From contig JAFAKX010000110.1 of the NCBI GenBank assembly GCA_019234945.1, forward strand, positions 9,880-73,879: a stretch of 64,000 nucleotides of DNA, in the 5' to 3' direction. A program made the position numbers and the translations under genes. This document shows, piece after piece, positions 39,897 through 48,581 of this stretch. Source of the DNA: Silvibacterium sp. GTDB taxonomy: Bacteria > Acidobacteriota > Terriglobia > Terriglobales > Acidobacteriaceae. How positions within the stretch are numbered: the stretch's first letter is position 1; each line of letters starts with the position of its first letter. A model generated the notes under the pieces. That model was not told the origin of the DNA and did not search any database. It worked only from the letters and a program-made list of their open reading frames with translations.

Positions 39897-41036
39897 ATGT
39901 CCGAGCACGTTTCTGAGCAGGTCCTGGGGGACATACCCCACCTATCCGGCTACAGCGAGGCCGAACTCGACCAGGCATTTGCCGCCATCTCCCGCGAAGT
40001 CGAAGCTTCTTCCGCGGCTCTCTCTACGTCAGAGGCCGTCGAGGCCTTTCGCCTTCAGTGGCTCGGCCGCAAGCAGGGCCGCCTCAAGGCGATCAGTGAC
40101 GCCTGGCTCAAATCTGCTCCCGTCGAAGCCAAAAAACTCATCGGCCAGCGCTTCAACACCCTCAAGGCCGAAATCGAGCAGCGGCTCGAACGCGCCGGAA
40201 CATCGACCGGCACCAGCGCTCTTGACGCAGAGGCCCTCGCCTCTGAAAAAATCGACATCACCCTCCCCGGCACGCGCCGCAGGCTCGGAGCCGAACACCC
40301 GCTCATCAAAACGCAGAACGAACTCCTCGCCATCTTCGCGCGCATGGGATACTCGGTCAGCATCGGCCCCGAGGTCGAAACCGACTACTACAACTTCGAG
40401 TCGCTCAACTTCCCTCCGGGCCATCCCGCGCGTGACACGCAGGACACGCTCGTCATCGCCAATCAGGACCGCAAGCCACTCCGCGATCGCCTGCTCATGC
40501 GCACCCATACATCTCCCGTGCAGATCCGCACCATGGAGCAGCAGCCGCCGCCCCTGCGCATCGTCATCCCCGGCAAGGTGCACCGCAACGACGCGGCCGA
40601 CGCTACCCATTCGCCCATGTTCCACCAACTTGAAGGTCTCTGCGTCGACACCAACATCACCTTCGCCGACCTCAAGGGCACGCTCGACCACGCCATGAAG
40701 GAGCTCTACGGCTCCTCCGACCGCACGCGCTTCTTCCCGTCGTTCTTCCCCTTCACCGAGCCCTCCGCCGACGTGCAGATCAGCTGTCCCTTCTGCGGAG
40801 GTTCAGGCTGTCGCAAGTGCAAACACTCGGGCTGGATCGAGCTCCTCGGCTGCGGCATGGTTGATCCGTCAGTCTTCGAATTCGTACGCCTCAAGCAGCC
40901 TGCCTATGACCCGAAGAAGATCAGCGGCTTTGCCTTTGGTATGGGCATCGACCGCATCACCATGATGAAGTACGGCATTACCGATATCAGCCTCATGTTC
41001 TCGGGAGACCTGCGCTTCCTGGAGCAGTTCGCATGA
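39897..41036 (+). CDS. pheS: Phenylalanine-tRNA ligase alpha subunit
   Basis: HPARDTQDT, RTHTSPVQIR, FPFTEPS, GFAFGMGIDR. Confidence 0.97.
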   Translation: MSEHVSEQVLGDIPHLSGYSEAELDQAFAAISREVEASSAALSTSEAVEAFRLQWLGRKQGRLKAISDAWLKSAPVEAKKLIGQRFNTLKAEIEQRLERAGTSTGTSALDAEALASEKIDITLPGTRRRLGAEHPLIKTQNELLAIFARMGYSVSIGPEVETDYYNFESLNFPPGHPARDTQDTLVIANQDRKPLRDRLLMRTHTSPVQIRTMEQQPPPLRIVIPGKVHRNDAADATHSPMFHQLEGLCVDTNITFADLKGTLDHAMKELYGSSDRTRFFPSFFPFTEPSADVQISCPFCGGSGCRKCKHSGWIELLGCGMVDPSVFEFVRLKQPAYDPKKISGFAFGMGIDRITMMKYGITDISLMFSGDLRFLEQFA

Positions 41037-41449
41037 GCCAGCGAGTCAGCGATTCGGGAGCGAGTCAGCAAGCCAGCGAAAAGCGGTCAGCTAGAACGAG
41101 ACACTTTCGGGATTTGCTGGTCTGGCAGAAGGCGATGGAACTGGCAAGGGTCGTCTACAAGAAGACAACGGATTTCCCGAAGTCTGAGTTATTCGGGATC
41201 ACCAATCAGATGCGACGTGCATCGTTATCCGTGCCCAGCAACATCGCCGAAGGACACGGACGGTTATCCGATGGAAGCCTGCGCGTATTTTTAGGACAGG
41301 CCCGCGGATCTCTTTATGAATTGGAAACACAGATCGAACTGGCTTGCGATCTTGAGTATTTGCAGACCAAAGACGCAAAGGAATTATTAGAGCTTAGTCG
41401 TGAAGTCGGAAGAATGCTCAATGGACTCATTGGAGTTCTGGAAAGCTGA
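41033..41449 (+). CDS. Four helix bundle protein (23S rRNA IVP family)
   Basis: FRDLLVWQKAM, FPKSELFGITNQMRRASLSVPSNIAEG, ARGSLYELETQ. Confidence 0.92.
   Translation: MSQRVSDSGASQQASEKRSARTRHFRDLLVWQKAMELARVVYKKTTDFPKSELFGITNQMRRASLSVPSNIAEGHGRLSDGSLRVFLGQARGSLYELETQIELACDLEYLQTKDAKELLELSREVGRMLNGLIGVLES
41035..41092 (+). repeat. Octamer tandem repeats (GCGAGTCA-like), left arm
   Basis: GAGCCA GCGAGTCA GCGATTCG..GCGAGTCA GCAAGCCA..GCGGTCA. Confidence 0.85.
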
Positions 41450-41478
41450 CTCGCTGACTCGCTGACTTGCTGACTCGC
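41447..41478 (+). repeat. Octamer tandem repeats (TGACTYGC)x4, right arm, inverted relative to left
   Basis: TGACTCGC TGACTCGC TGACTTGC TGACTCGC. Confidence 0.9.
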
Positions 41479-41479
41479 T

Positions 41480-43663
41480 ATGAAGATTCTCTCCTCCTGG
41501 TTGCGCGAATACATTCCCGGTCTCACCGCTACCGACCGTCAGCTAGCGGATGACCTGACCCTCCGCGGCATTGCCGTCGAGGGCGTCTTCGACCTCGGCG
41601 CGAACGGTCCGCTCTTCGAGATGGACATCACCACCAACCGCGTCGATGCTATGAATCACTACGGCATTGCCCGTGAAGCGGCGATCATCTACGGCCTCAA
41701 ACTCGTGCCTTTGTCCGCCTCTCTCAATGAGCTGTCATCCCGAGCGGAGGCTGAGCGCAGCGAGGCCGCAGTCGAGGGACCTGCTTTTCCCGTTAACATC
41801 GAAGAACCCACTCTCTGTGGACGCTTCACCGCCCGCGTCCTCCGCAACGTGAAAATTCAGCCCTCCACCGGCATCGTCGCCGAGCGCTTCCGCCTCCTCG
41901 AGCAGAAGCCCATCTCGAACGCCGTCGATGCTACCAACTACTGCACGCTCGCCATCGGACAGCCAACCCACGTCTTCGATCTCGACAAACTCGTGGGAGG
42001 CATCATCGTCCGCCGCGCACGCAAAGGCGAAAAGCTCCGGACACTCGACGGCATAGAACGCACCCTTGACCCCGAAGACCTCGTTGTCGCCGACGAGAAA
42101 AGGCCGCACGGCATCGCCGGTGTCATGGGCGGATGGGACTCGATGATCACTGCCGAAACAAAGAACGTCCTCATCGAGGCCGCATGGTTCGACACCATCA
42201 CCGTGCGCCTCTCCTCAAAGCGGCATCTGCTGCACACCGATGCGTCTCATCGGTTTGAAAGAGGAGCCGACTTCAACGCCCCGCCCGTCGCGTCCGCACT
42301 CGTCAGCCGCATCCTGCTCGAAGCCGGAGGCCATCAGGCAGGCCCGCTCACCGACGTCCTGATCTCCGAAGCCGAAGCCCGCACCGCGAAGCGCCCCGCC
42401 ATCGCCTTCAGCCTCGGCGAGGTGAAGCGCATTCTTGGCCCAACTGAAGATCCCGAAGGTATCACTGCAGCGACCGCCGAAACCATCCTCACCGGACTCG
42501 GCTGCGCGCTCGCCAAAGACGGCCACGGATCATCACCGCATAAGCCGGGCCCCGCTCCATCCCTCGACCCCTCCCGCGCCGTCTCGATTGAATCTGCTGA
42601 GATGTCAACCTCCGACAGCCAGTCCTACAACGTCACCCTCCCCAGTTGGCGCCTCGACCTCGAACGCGAGATCGACCTCGTCGAAGAGATCGCCCGCGTT
42701 TACGGATACAACCGCTTCCGCAACACGCTGCCCGCATTCGCAGGAGCGGTCGTCGAATTGCCTCATGCGGAGAAAGAGTCATCGGTCCGCCGCACGCTGC
42801 TTGCCCTCGGCTGGACCGAAGCCATCTCTTCCACGTTCTGCGCGGCTGCCGACGCCGCCCTGTTTGCGCCGCAGCCCAACTCTGCCGTTCCTATGGGCAA
42901 TCCGCTCAGCGAAGAGGCCGGTATGCTCCGGCCGTCGCTCCTGCCCGGAATGCTTTCGATGCTTGCCCTGAACCTGAACCGCGACGTCGAAGATGCAGCT
43001 CTCTTCGAAATGGGCACTGTCTTCGGTGGCGGCCCCGAGCGTGTCGACGAACGTCCGGCACTCGCGATCGGCGCCGCCGGCCACGCTCTGACTGAATCCG
43101 ACGTCACCTTCTACGACGTTAAGGGCACGATTGAGGAGTTGCTCGGAGAATTCTCCTCGCGCTCGTTTTACTTCGACAACCTGCAGCTACCCGCATGGCT
43201 GCATCCGGGCCGCTCAGCGCGCGCCACGCTCGATGGAGCCACGGTCGCGTGGTTTGGACAGCTTCATCCCGCTGAAGCGGAACGCCGCAAGCTCAAACAG
43301 ACCGTGCTCGTTGGTGAAATCTATCTCGATCGCCTCTACAAACAGAAGCTGCGCCAGCCGGTGGTGCGCGAGTTGTCACGCTTTCAACCCGTCCGGCGCG
43401 ACTTCTCGCTGCTGTTTCCGAACTCGACGACATGGGCAGCGATCGAAGACAAGCTCCGCGCACTCGACATCCCAGAGCTGCGCAGCTTCGCTCCGAAAGA
43501 AATTCTGCGTGACGCAAAGTCCATTCCCGCTGGACACTTTTCCCTTCTCCTCGGTGTCGTCTTCCAGTCGCAGGAACGCACGCTGCGCGAGGAGGAGTTG
43601 CAGCAGTTCTCGCGGGCCATCATCGCCGTCATGGAATCAATCGGCGGAAAACTGCGCGTGTAA
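41480..43663 (+). CDS. pheT: Phenylalanine-tRNA ligase beta subunit (short form) with two insertions
   Basis: DITTNRVD, TDASHRFERG, PSWRLDLEREIDLVEEIAR, FQPVRRDFS. Confidence 0.95.
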   Translation: MKILSSWLREYIPGLTATDRQLADDLTLRGIAVEGVFDLGANGPLFEMDITTNRVDAMNHYGIAREAAIIYGLKLVPLSASLNELSSRAEAERSEAAVEGPAFPVNIEEPTLCGRFTARVLRNVKIQPSTGIVAERFRLLEQKPISNAVDATNYCTLAIGQPTHVFDLDKLVGGIIVRRARKGEKLRTLDGIERTLDPEDLVVADEKRPHGIAGVMGGWDSMITAETKNVLIEAAWFDTITVRLSSKRHLLHTDASHRFERGADFNAPPVASALVSRILLEAGGHQAGPLTDVLISEAEARTAKRPAIAFSLGEVKRILGPTEDPEGITAATAETILTGLGCALAKDGHGSSPHKPGPAPSLDPSRAVSIESAEMSTSDSQSYNVTLPSWRLDLEREIDLVEEIARVYGYNRFRNTLPAFAGAVVELPHAEKESSVRRTLLALGWTEAISSTFCAAADAALFAPQPNSAVPMGNPLSEEAGMLRPSLLPGMLSMLALNLNRDVEDAALFEMGTVFGGGPERVDERPALAIGAAGHALTESDVTFYDVKGTIEELLGEFSSRSFYFDNLQLPAWLHPGRSARATLDGATVAWFGQLHPAEAERRKLKQTVLVGEIYLDRLYKQKLRQPVVRELSRFQPVRRDFSLLFPNSTTWAAIEDKLRALDIPELRSFAPKEILRDAKSIPAGHFSLLLGVVFQSQERTLREEELQQFSRAIIAVMESIGGKLRV
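41732..41788. repeat. REP-like palindrome in frame within pheT
   Basis: CTGTCATCCCGAGCGGAGG...CCGCAGTCGAGGGACCTGC encoding LSSRAEAERSEAAVEGPAF. Confidence 0.7.
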
Positions 43664-43833
43664 GCAGGTCAGCGAGTCAGCAAGCCAGCAGGTCAGCAAT
43701 GAAGCTTTCGCGGGTGCCCCATCCTCTCGCGTTCACGAAAGAGTGGGAAGCAACGTTGCAACCCCGGCCGAGCTTTCGCTGACTTGCTAACTCTCTGTGC
43801 CCTGAGCTCTGTGCTCTGTGCTCTGCACTCTAA
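43664..43833. repeat. ORF-less inverted octamer-repeat unit enclosing a REP hairpin, followed by a heptamer tract
   Basis: GCAGGTCA GCGAGTCA GCAAGCCA GCAGGTCA ... TGACTTGC TAACTCTC, then TGTGCTC-like x5. Confidence 0.8.
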
Positions 43834-43944
43834 ATTACGTACCCAACACGGCACCCCCTCGCGCCCGCGACATTTTCCGCAATTTCCTCCGACGCGCGGG
43901 CGATATACTGCGCGAAGAAGCCATCTTCAGGAGAATCCCCGCTT

Positions 43945-44229
43945 ATGTCGAGCGCTGCCGCCATTCAGGACCACGAACTTCCAATCGCCGCCGATGACTT
44001 CAGCGCCCTTGAGCAGCGCGTGCTCCGTGCGGTCGAGTTGCTCAAGTCGGAACGCACCGCCCGCGCCGCCGCCGAACACCGCATTGAAGAGCTTGAATTC
44101 AAGGTTCTGGAGCTCAAGGAACAGAACGACAACTCCACGGCGCAGATCGAAGCCCTCGAGAAGGAGCGCGTGACTGTGCGCGGGCGTGTCGAGCGGCTCC
44201 TGAAGCAGCTGGACGAGATCAGCGGATGA
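43945..44229 (+). CDS. ZapB-like coiled-coil protein
   Basis: Coiled coil ending VRGRVERLLKQLD, directly upstream of zapA. Confidence 0.7.
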   Translation: MSSAAAIQDHELPIAADDFSALEQRVLRAVELLKSERTARAAAEHRIEELEFKVLELKEQNDNSTAQIEALEKERVTVRGRVERLLKQLDEISG

Positions 44230-44248
44230 AAGCAGGAGATCCTCGCGG

Positions 44249-44620
44249 ATGACCGACATCGACAGGACCCAGGCCGCGCCGTCAGCCCCCAAGGCCGCAA
44301 ACGGTAACGCCGACTATATTTCTGTCGACATCTACGATCAGACCTATCATCTTCGCGGCGAAAATCCCGAATACATTCGCCGCATCGCTGAGATCGTCGA
44401 CACCAAAATGCGCGCCGTCGCCGCTCATGGCAAAACGGTCGACTCCCTGCGTGTTGCCGTCCTCGCCGCGCTCAATATCGCCGACGAACTCGCTACTCTT
44501 GAACGGCGCCACGACGCGCTTGCCGGCTCGCAGGAAAGCCGCGCCGCGATTCGTACCCGTGCGCACACGCTTACTGGCCTGCTCGACTCCTTACTGAGCG
44601 CAGACAGAAAGATCAGCTGA
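44249..44620 (+). CDS. zapA: Cell division protein ZapA
   Basis: VDIYDQTYHLRG, VAVLAALNIADE. Confidence 0.92.
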   Translation: MTDIDRTQAAPSAPKAANGNADYISVDIYDQTYHLRGENPEYIRRIAEIVDTKMRAVAAHGKTVDSLRVAVLAALNIADELATLERRHDALAGSQESRAAIRTRAHTLTGLLDSLLSADRKIS

Positions 44621-44652
44621 CGTTTTCTAACCAGCTTCTACTTGGCGGAGAA

Positions 44653-44885
44653 TTTCCCCAGACCAGCTAAAATAGAAATAGAGGGTAAATGAGGCCCGGT
44701 CGCGCACGCGGCCGGGCTTTCCTGTATCCGGTGGAAATCATCCCGGCCACTTAATCAGGTCTCCCAACTCGTTGATTTCATAAGCAACTTCTGCAACTCA
44801 TTGATGCTCTAGGGACTGCGGTCGACGTGCCGGTTAACGCCAATGGAATGAATGGCTCACAGATTGTATGGGGAGGGGGAGGGCA
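44653..44885 (+). repeat. Dispersed non-coding element, copy 2
   Basis: Head matches copies 1 and 3 at 30/32 nt; hairpin GCCCGG..CCGGGC; three boxes; GGGGAGGGGG tail. Confidence 0.85.
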
Positions 44886-44932
44886 GGGGCACCAGCACCG
44901 AAGAACTGCCTTGCCGCCTGGTCGTTAACAGG

Positions 44933-47455
44933 CTAATGGCCGATCCCTACCGTCGCGGTATTCTGGCGGACTCTGGCCAGCAGTGCCGTGAGCCGGGGAT
45001 CGCCCTCAAGCGGTTTCAGGTCTCGTTCGGTTTCCAGTGAGTTGGCAAACCGATATCCGTTTGCGGCCGCCCGGGCCAGGTACTCGAAGGCCTGGTCTCG
45101 GCGTCCCGCAGCCGCTGCCATACAGGCGAACGCATACCACGCCTCGGCGGCCGTATCCCCGGGGCCGGTTCTGCTCGCCGTCTCGATCACCTGGCGGAAA
45201 AGCTTCTCCGCCTCGTCGTAGCGGCCTTCCCGCCCGAGGATGCCCGCCAGCTCCTGGATGTTCTGCAGGGTGTAGGGGTGCTCAGGGCCGAGGACGCGGC
45301 TCTTCGTCTCCAGCGCCTCGCGGGAAAGGGCCTCAGCTTCCCCGAGGTGGCCTTCCTTCGCCAGGGTATCTGCTAGCTGGCTCATGACGAAAAGCGTGGT
45401 GGCGTGCTCCACACCGAATACACGGCGCTTGATGCTCAGGGCTTCCCGCTGCAGTTTCTCGGCCTCGGCATAATGGCCCTCGTCCTGGTCGACCTCCGAC
45501 AGAAGCGTCATGGTGAACAGGGTGTCGGGATGCTCGGACCCGAGCGTCCGCCGCTGGATATCCAGAGCCTCCCGCGCGAGCTTTTCGGCCTCGGGATCCC
45601 GGCCGGCCAACCGCAGCGTATCCGCCACCCCACTCATTAAATTCAGCGTGTCGGGATGCTCGGGCCCAAGAACCCGCTGCCGGATGGCCAAGGCCTCGCG
45701 CTCCAGCTGCTCCGCTTCGGAATAATTGGTCTCCCAGTCGAGTATGTCGGCCAGAACGATCATGCTTTGGAGTGTGTCCGGATTCTCGGGCCCGAGGACC
45801 TTGCGCTGGATGTTCAGGGTCTGCCGCTGCATCTTCTCCACGTCAGCGGCATGACCCTGGAAGGTTACGACCTTTGCCATGAGGCACGCGGAACGCAATG
45901 TATCCGGGCTGCTCGGCCCAAGTACGTGCTGCTGGATCGCCAGAGCCCGTTCGACGAGAGACTGAGCCCGGGCATAGAGCCCCAACCCGGCATATGTATC
46001 GGCCATGGTGTACATCATCTTGGCCTGCAATTCCGGGTCATTGCGAAGGCCGCTATCGATCTCCTTCGACGCCTTGTCAAGGATTTCCCGCGCCGTCACC
46101 GTATTGCCGCGCGCCTCACTCGGCTCCGGCTGCCTGAACATGCCCGTCATGAAGTCGGTGATGCGGTCGGCACGGTCGCGCTCGCGGGTGATCCGTCGCA
46201 GGGCGATCGACTGCACGACGGCGAAACCCGCCAGCAGGAGAACGGCAACTGCGGCCACGGCAACTCCCAGACGGTGGCGGCGGATGTACTTGCGGGCACG
46301 ATAGGCCGTGCTGGGGGGGTGTGCCGTAACCGGCTCGTTGCGCAGGTATCGTCCGATGTCGGCTGCCAGCTCAGATGCCGAGGCATAGCGGTGCGTACGG
46401 TCCTTTTCAAGTGCCTTGAGCACAATAGCGTCGGGGTCGCCGCGAAGCTGACGGACGAGTGCTGGCCGCTCGGAGCTGCGGTTCCTCGCGCCTTCCGCAG
46501 ATCTGCCGCCGAGCGTACTCAGTTTTGTGCTCGGCCGCGGCGCGTCCTGATCGCGAAGTCGGCGCAGGACTTCATCGTAGGAAAGCTTATTGAGATCGAG
46601 CGGCAGGGTGCCAGTGAGGAGTTCGTACAGCACGGCGCCGAGCGAGTAGACGTCGCTGCGCGTGTCAATGTCCTCTCCGAACGGGTCGGCCTGCTCAGGG
46701 CTCATGTACCCAATGGTTCCGACCATTGTGCCGAAACTCGTGTGCATGGTTCCTGCCGTGAGTTTCTGGGAGGTTGCCTTGGCGACACCGAAGTCGATGA
46801 TACGCGGCATCGGCTGGCCATCGATTTCGGCCACGAGGATGTTCGAAGGTTTGAGGTCGCGGTGGATGATGGCTTTCTGGTGCGCGTGCTGCACGCCTTC
46901 GCAGACGTGGATGAAGAGTTCCATGCGCTGGCGCACTGTAAGTTTGTGTTTATCGCAATAAGCCGTTATGGGAATGCCTGCCACAAACTCCATCACGAAG
47001 TAGGGCCGGCCATCAGGAGTAGATCCGGCGTCGAACACCTTGGCAATCGCGGGGTGATCCATGAGAGCGAGGGCCTGACGCTCGGACTCAAAGCGCGCAA
47101 CCACTTCGCGGGTGTCCATCCCAACCTTGATGAGCTTGATGGCGACACGACGGCGAACCGGGCGCTTCTGTTCGGCGAGCCAGACCTCGCCCATCCCCCC
47201 CTCGCCGATCAGATCGAGTAGGTGGTAGGGACCGATAAAGCTTCCGCGCAGGGTCGTGGACCGGTGGAGCCCCTCATCGGCTGACTGCTCCGGAAAGCTC
47301 GTCTGGTCTGTCTCGCCGACAAGCAGGGATTCGATTGCACTTCGCAGCTCCGGATCGCCTTTGCACTGGCGGTCGAGGAAATCGGCCCGATCTTCGGGGC
47401 TGAGGTCTAATGCGGCCTCGAATAACTGCTCGGCCAAATCTCGCTGACCTGCCAT
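44933..47455 (-). CDS. Hanks-type Ser/Thr protein kinase with TPR repeats
   Basis: GEGGMGEV, VAIK, HRDLKPSN, DFG, YMSPEQ; LGPEHPDTL repeats. Confidence 0.95.
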   Translation of the reverse strand: MAGQRDLAEQLFEAALDLSPEDRADFLDRQCKGDPELRSAIESLLVGETDQTSFPEQSADEGLHRSTTLRGSFIGPYHLLDLIGEGGMGEVWLAEQKRPVRRRVAIKLIKVGMDTREVVARFESERQALALMDHPAIAKVFDAGSTPDGRPYFVMEFVAGIPITAYCDKHKLTVRQRMELFIHVCEGVQHAHQKAIIHRDLKPSNILVAEIDGQPMPRIIDFGVAKATSQKLTAGTMHTSFGTMVGTIGYMSPEQADPFGEDIDTRSDVYSLGAVLYELLTGTLPLDLNKLSYDEVLRRLRDQDAPRPSTKLSTLGGRSAEGARNRSSERPALVRQLRGDPDAIVLKALEKDRTHRYASASELAADIGRYLRNEPVTAHPPSTAYRARKYIRRHRLGVAVAAVAVLLLAGFAVVQSIALRRITRERDRADRITDFMTGMFRQPEPSEARGNTVTAREILDKASKEIDSGLRNDPELQAKMMYTMADTYAGLGLYARAQSLVERALAIQQHVLGPSSPDTLRSACLMAKVVTFQGHAADVEKMQRQTLNIQRKVLGPENPDTLQSMIVLADILDWETNYSEAEQLEREALAIRQRVLGPEHPDTLNLMSGVADTLRLAGRDPEAEKLAREALDIQRRTLGSEHPDTLFTMTLLSEVDQDEGHYAEAEKLQREALSIKRRVFGVEHATTLFVMSQLADTLAKEGHLGEAEALSREALETKSRVLGPEHPYTLQNIQELAGILGREGRYDEAEKLFRQVIETASRTGPGDTAAEAWYAFACMAAAAGRRDQAFEYLARAAANGYRFANSLETERDLKPLEGDPRLTALLARVRQNTATVGIGH

Positions 47456-47656
47456 GTCGTTCAGTTCTCGGAAAGACCAGAGCCGCTGTGCTGTTCTGCC
47501 TTGGAGACTAGCGAATTGAGGCACACACCGTCATTTGATTATGAACCATGCCAATACTTGCGTAAATTTCATACGCAAAAGGACATAGGTCTTACTGGGG
47601 GAATGATCCTTTCGGGTGAAGGGCAGCCGGGATACCAATCCGATAGACTTAATGCA

Positions 47657-48568
47657 ATGCCTTCACCTGTACGGCTGATCGCCATCGATATCGACGGGAC
47701 ACTTTTGCCAACTGTTGGAGGGCAGGTGACCGATAGAACCTGCCGCGCGCTTCACGCAGCTGAGGCAGCAGGAATCGAAATTGTTATCGCCACAGGCAGG
47801 CGCCAAGCGTATGCCTCGCCGCTGATTCAACCCGTAGGGCTTGCGCCTGAGACCATCCTCATTACGTCGAATGGCGCGGTTACACGGACGCTCGCCGGGG
47901 AGCGCATCGACCGCTTTTCTCTCGCTGTCGAGACCGCCCGTCCGCTTTGCGGAGAATTGCGCCGGTATGGCGGTATGACGGTGTTCACCTTCGACTGCGA
48001 AGGTCCGGGCGAACTGGCAGTTGAGTCCATCGACCGGCTGGGCGCGCGAATTATGCCGTGGGTCAACGCTAACCGCCCCTGGATTCGGGAATTCGTGCCG
48101 CTGGAACGCGCTTTTGATGCGGGAGAGGCACCGGTTCAGGGAATGATCTGCGGTTCCGTAGATACGATGCGAGAGGCCCAAGCGGATCTCCTATCGAGCG
48201 AATTCGCAGGCCGAATCGAATTGCACCGAACGGAATATGTATCGAAAGACCTGTGCATCCTGGATATCTTGCCGCCCGGCTGCTCCAAGGGTGTAGCGCT
48301 GGAAAGTCTGGCGGCAGCCCGGGGTATCGGACGTGAGGAGATCATGGCCATTGGGGACAACCTCAACGACCTCGAGATGCTCAACTTTGCCGGCCGCCCG
48401 GTCGCAATGGCCAACGGTGCCCCTGGGCTTCTTGAGATCGCCAGCCTGCGGGGATGGGAAATTGCCGCCAGTAACGACCAGGATGGAGTAGCCCAAATTG
48501 TAGAGAGCGTCCTTGAATCCGGGGGCGTCCAGTACGGGAAGGGGGCAGCCGTTGAGACCCCGGCGTGA
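47657..48568 (+). CDS. Cof-type HAD hydrolase
   Basis: DIDGTLL, ATGR, SKG, IGDNLND. Confidence 0.92.
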   Translation: MPSPVRLIAIDIDGTLLPTVGGQVTDRTCRALHAAEAAGIEIVIATGRRQAYASPLIQPVGLAPETILITSNGAVTRTLAGERIDRFSLAVETARPLCGELRRYGGMTVFTFDCEGPGELAVESIDRLGARIMPWVNANRPWIREFVPLERAFDAGEAPVQGMICGSVDTMREAQADLLSSEFAGRIELHRTEYVSKDLCILDILPPGCSKGVALESLAAARGIGREEIMAIGDNLNDLEMLNFAGRPVAMANGAPGLLEIASLRGWEIAASNDQDGVAQIVESVLESGGVQYGKGAAVETPA

Positions 48569-48581
48569 TAGAGTGAGCGCA

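Noticed and set aside
41480-41700. PheT lacks the B2 OB-fold domain
   Set aside because: Short PheT forms are known in several lineages, so this is not evidence of damage.
44625-44900. 6S RNA expected downstream of zapA
   Set aside because: The sequence is a member of the three-copy repeat family, and I could not see the long end-to-end hairpin with central bubble; an Rfam scan would settle it.
44620-47650. oriC at the skew switch
   Set aside because: No dnaA/dnaN, DnaA-box cluster or AT-rich unwinding element seen.
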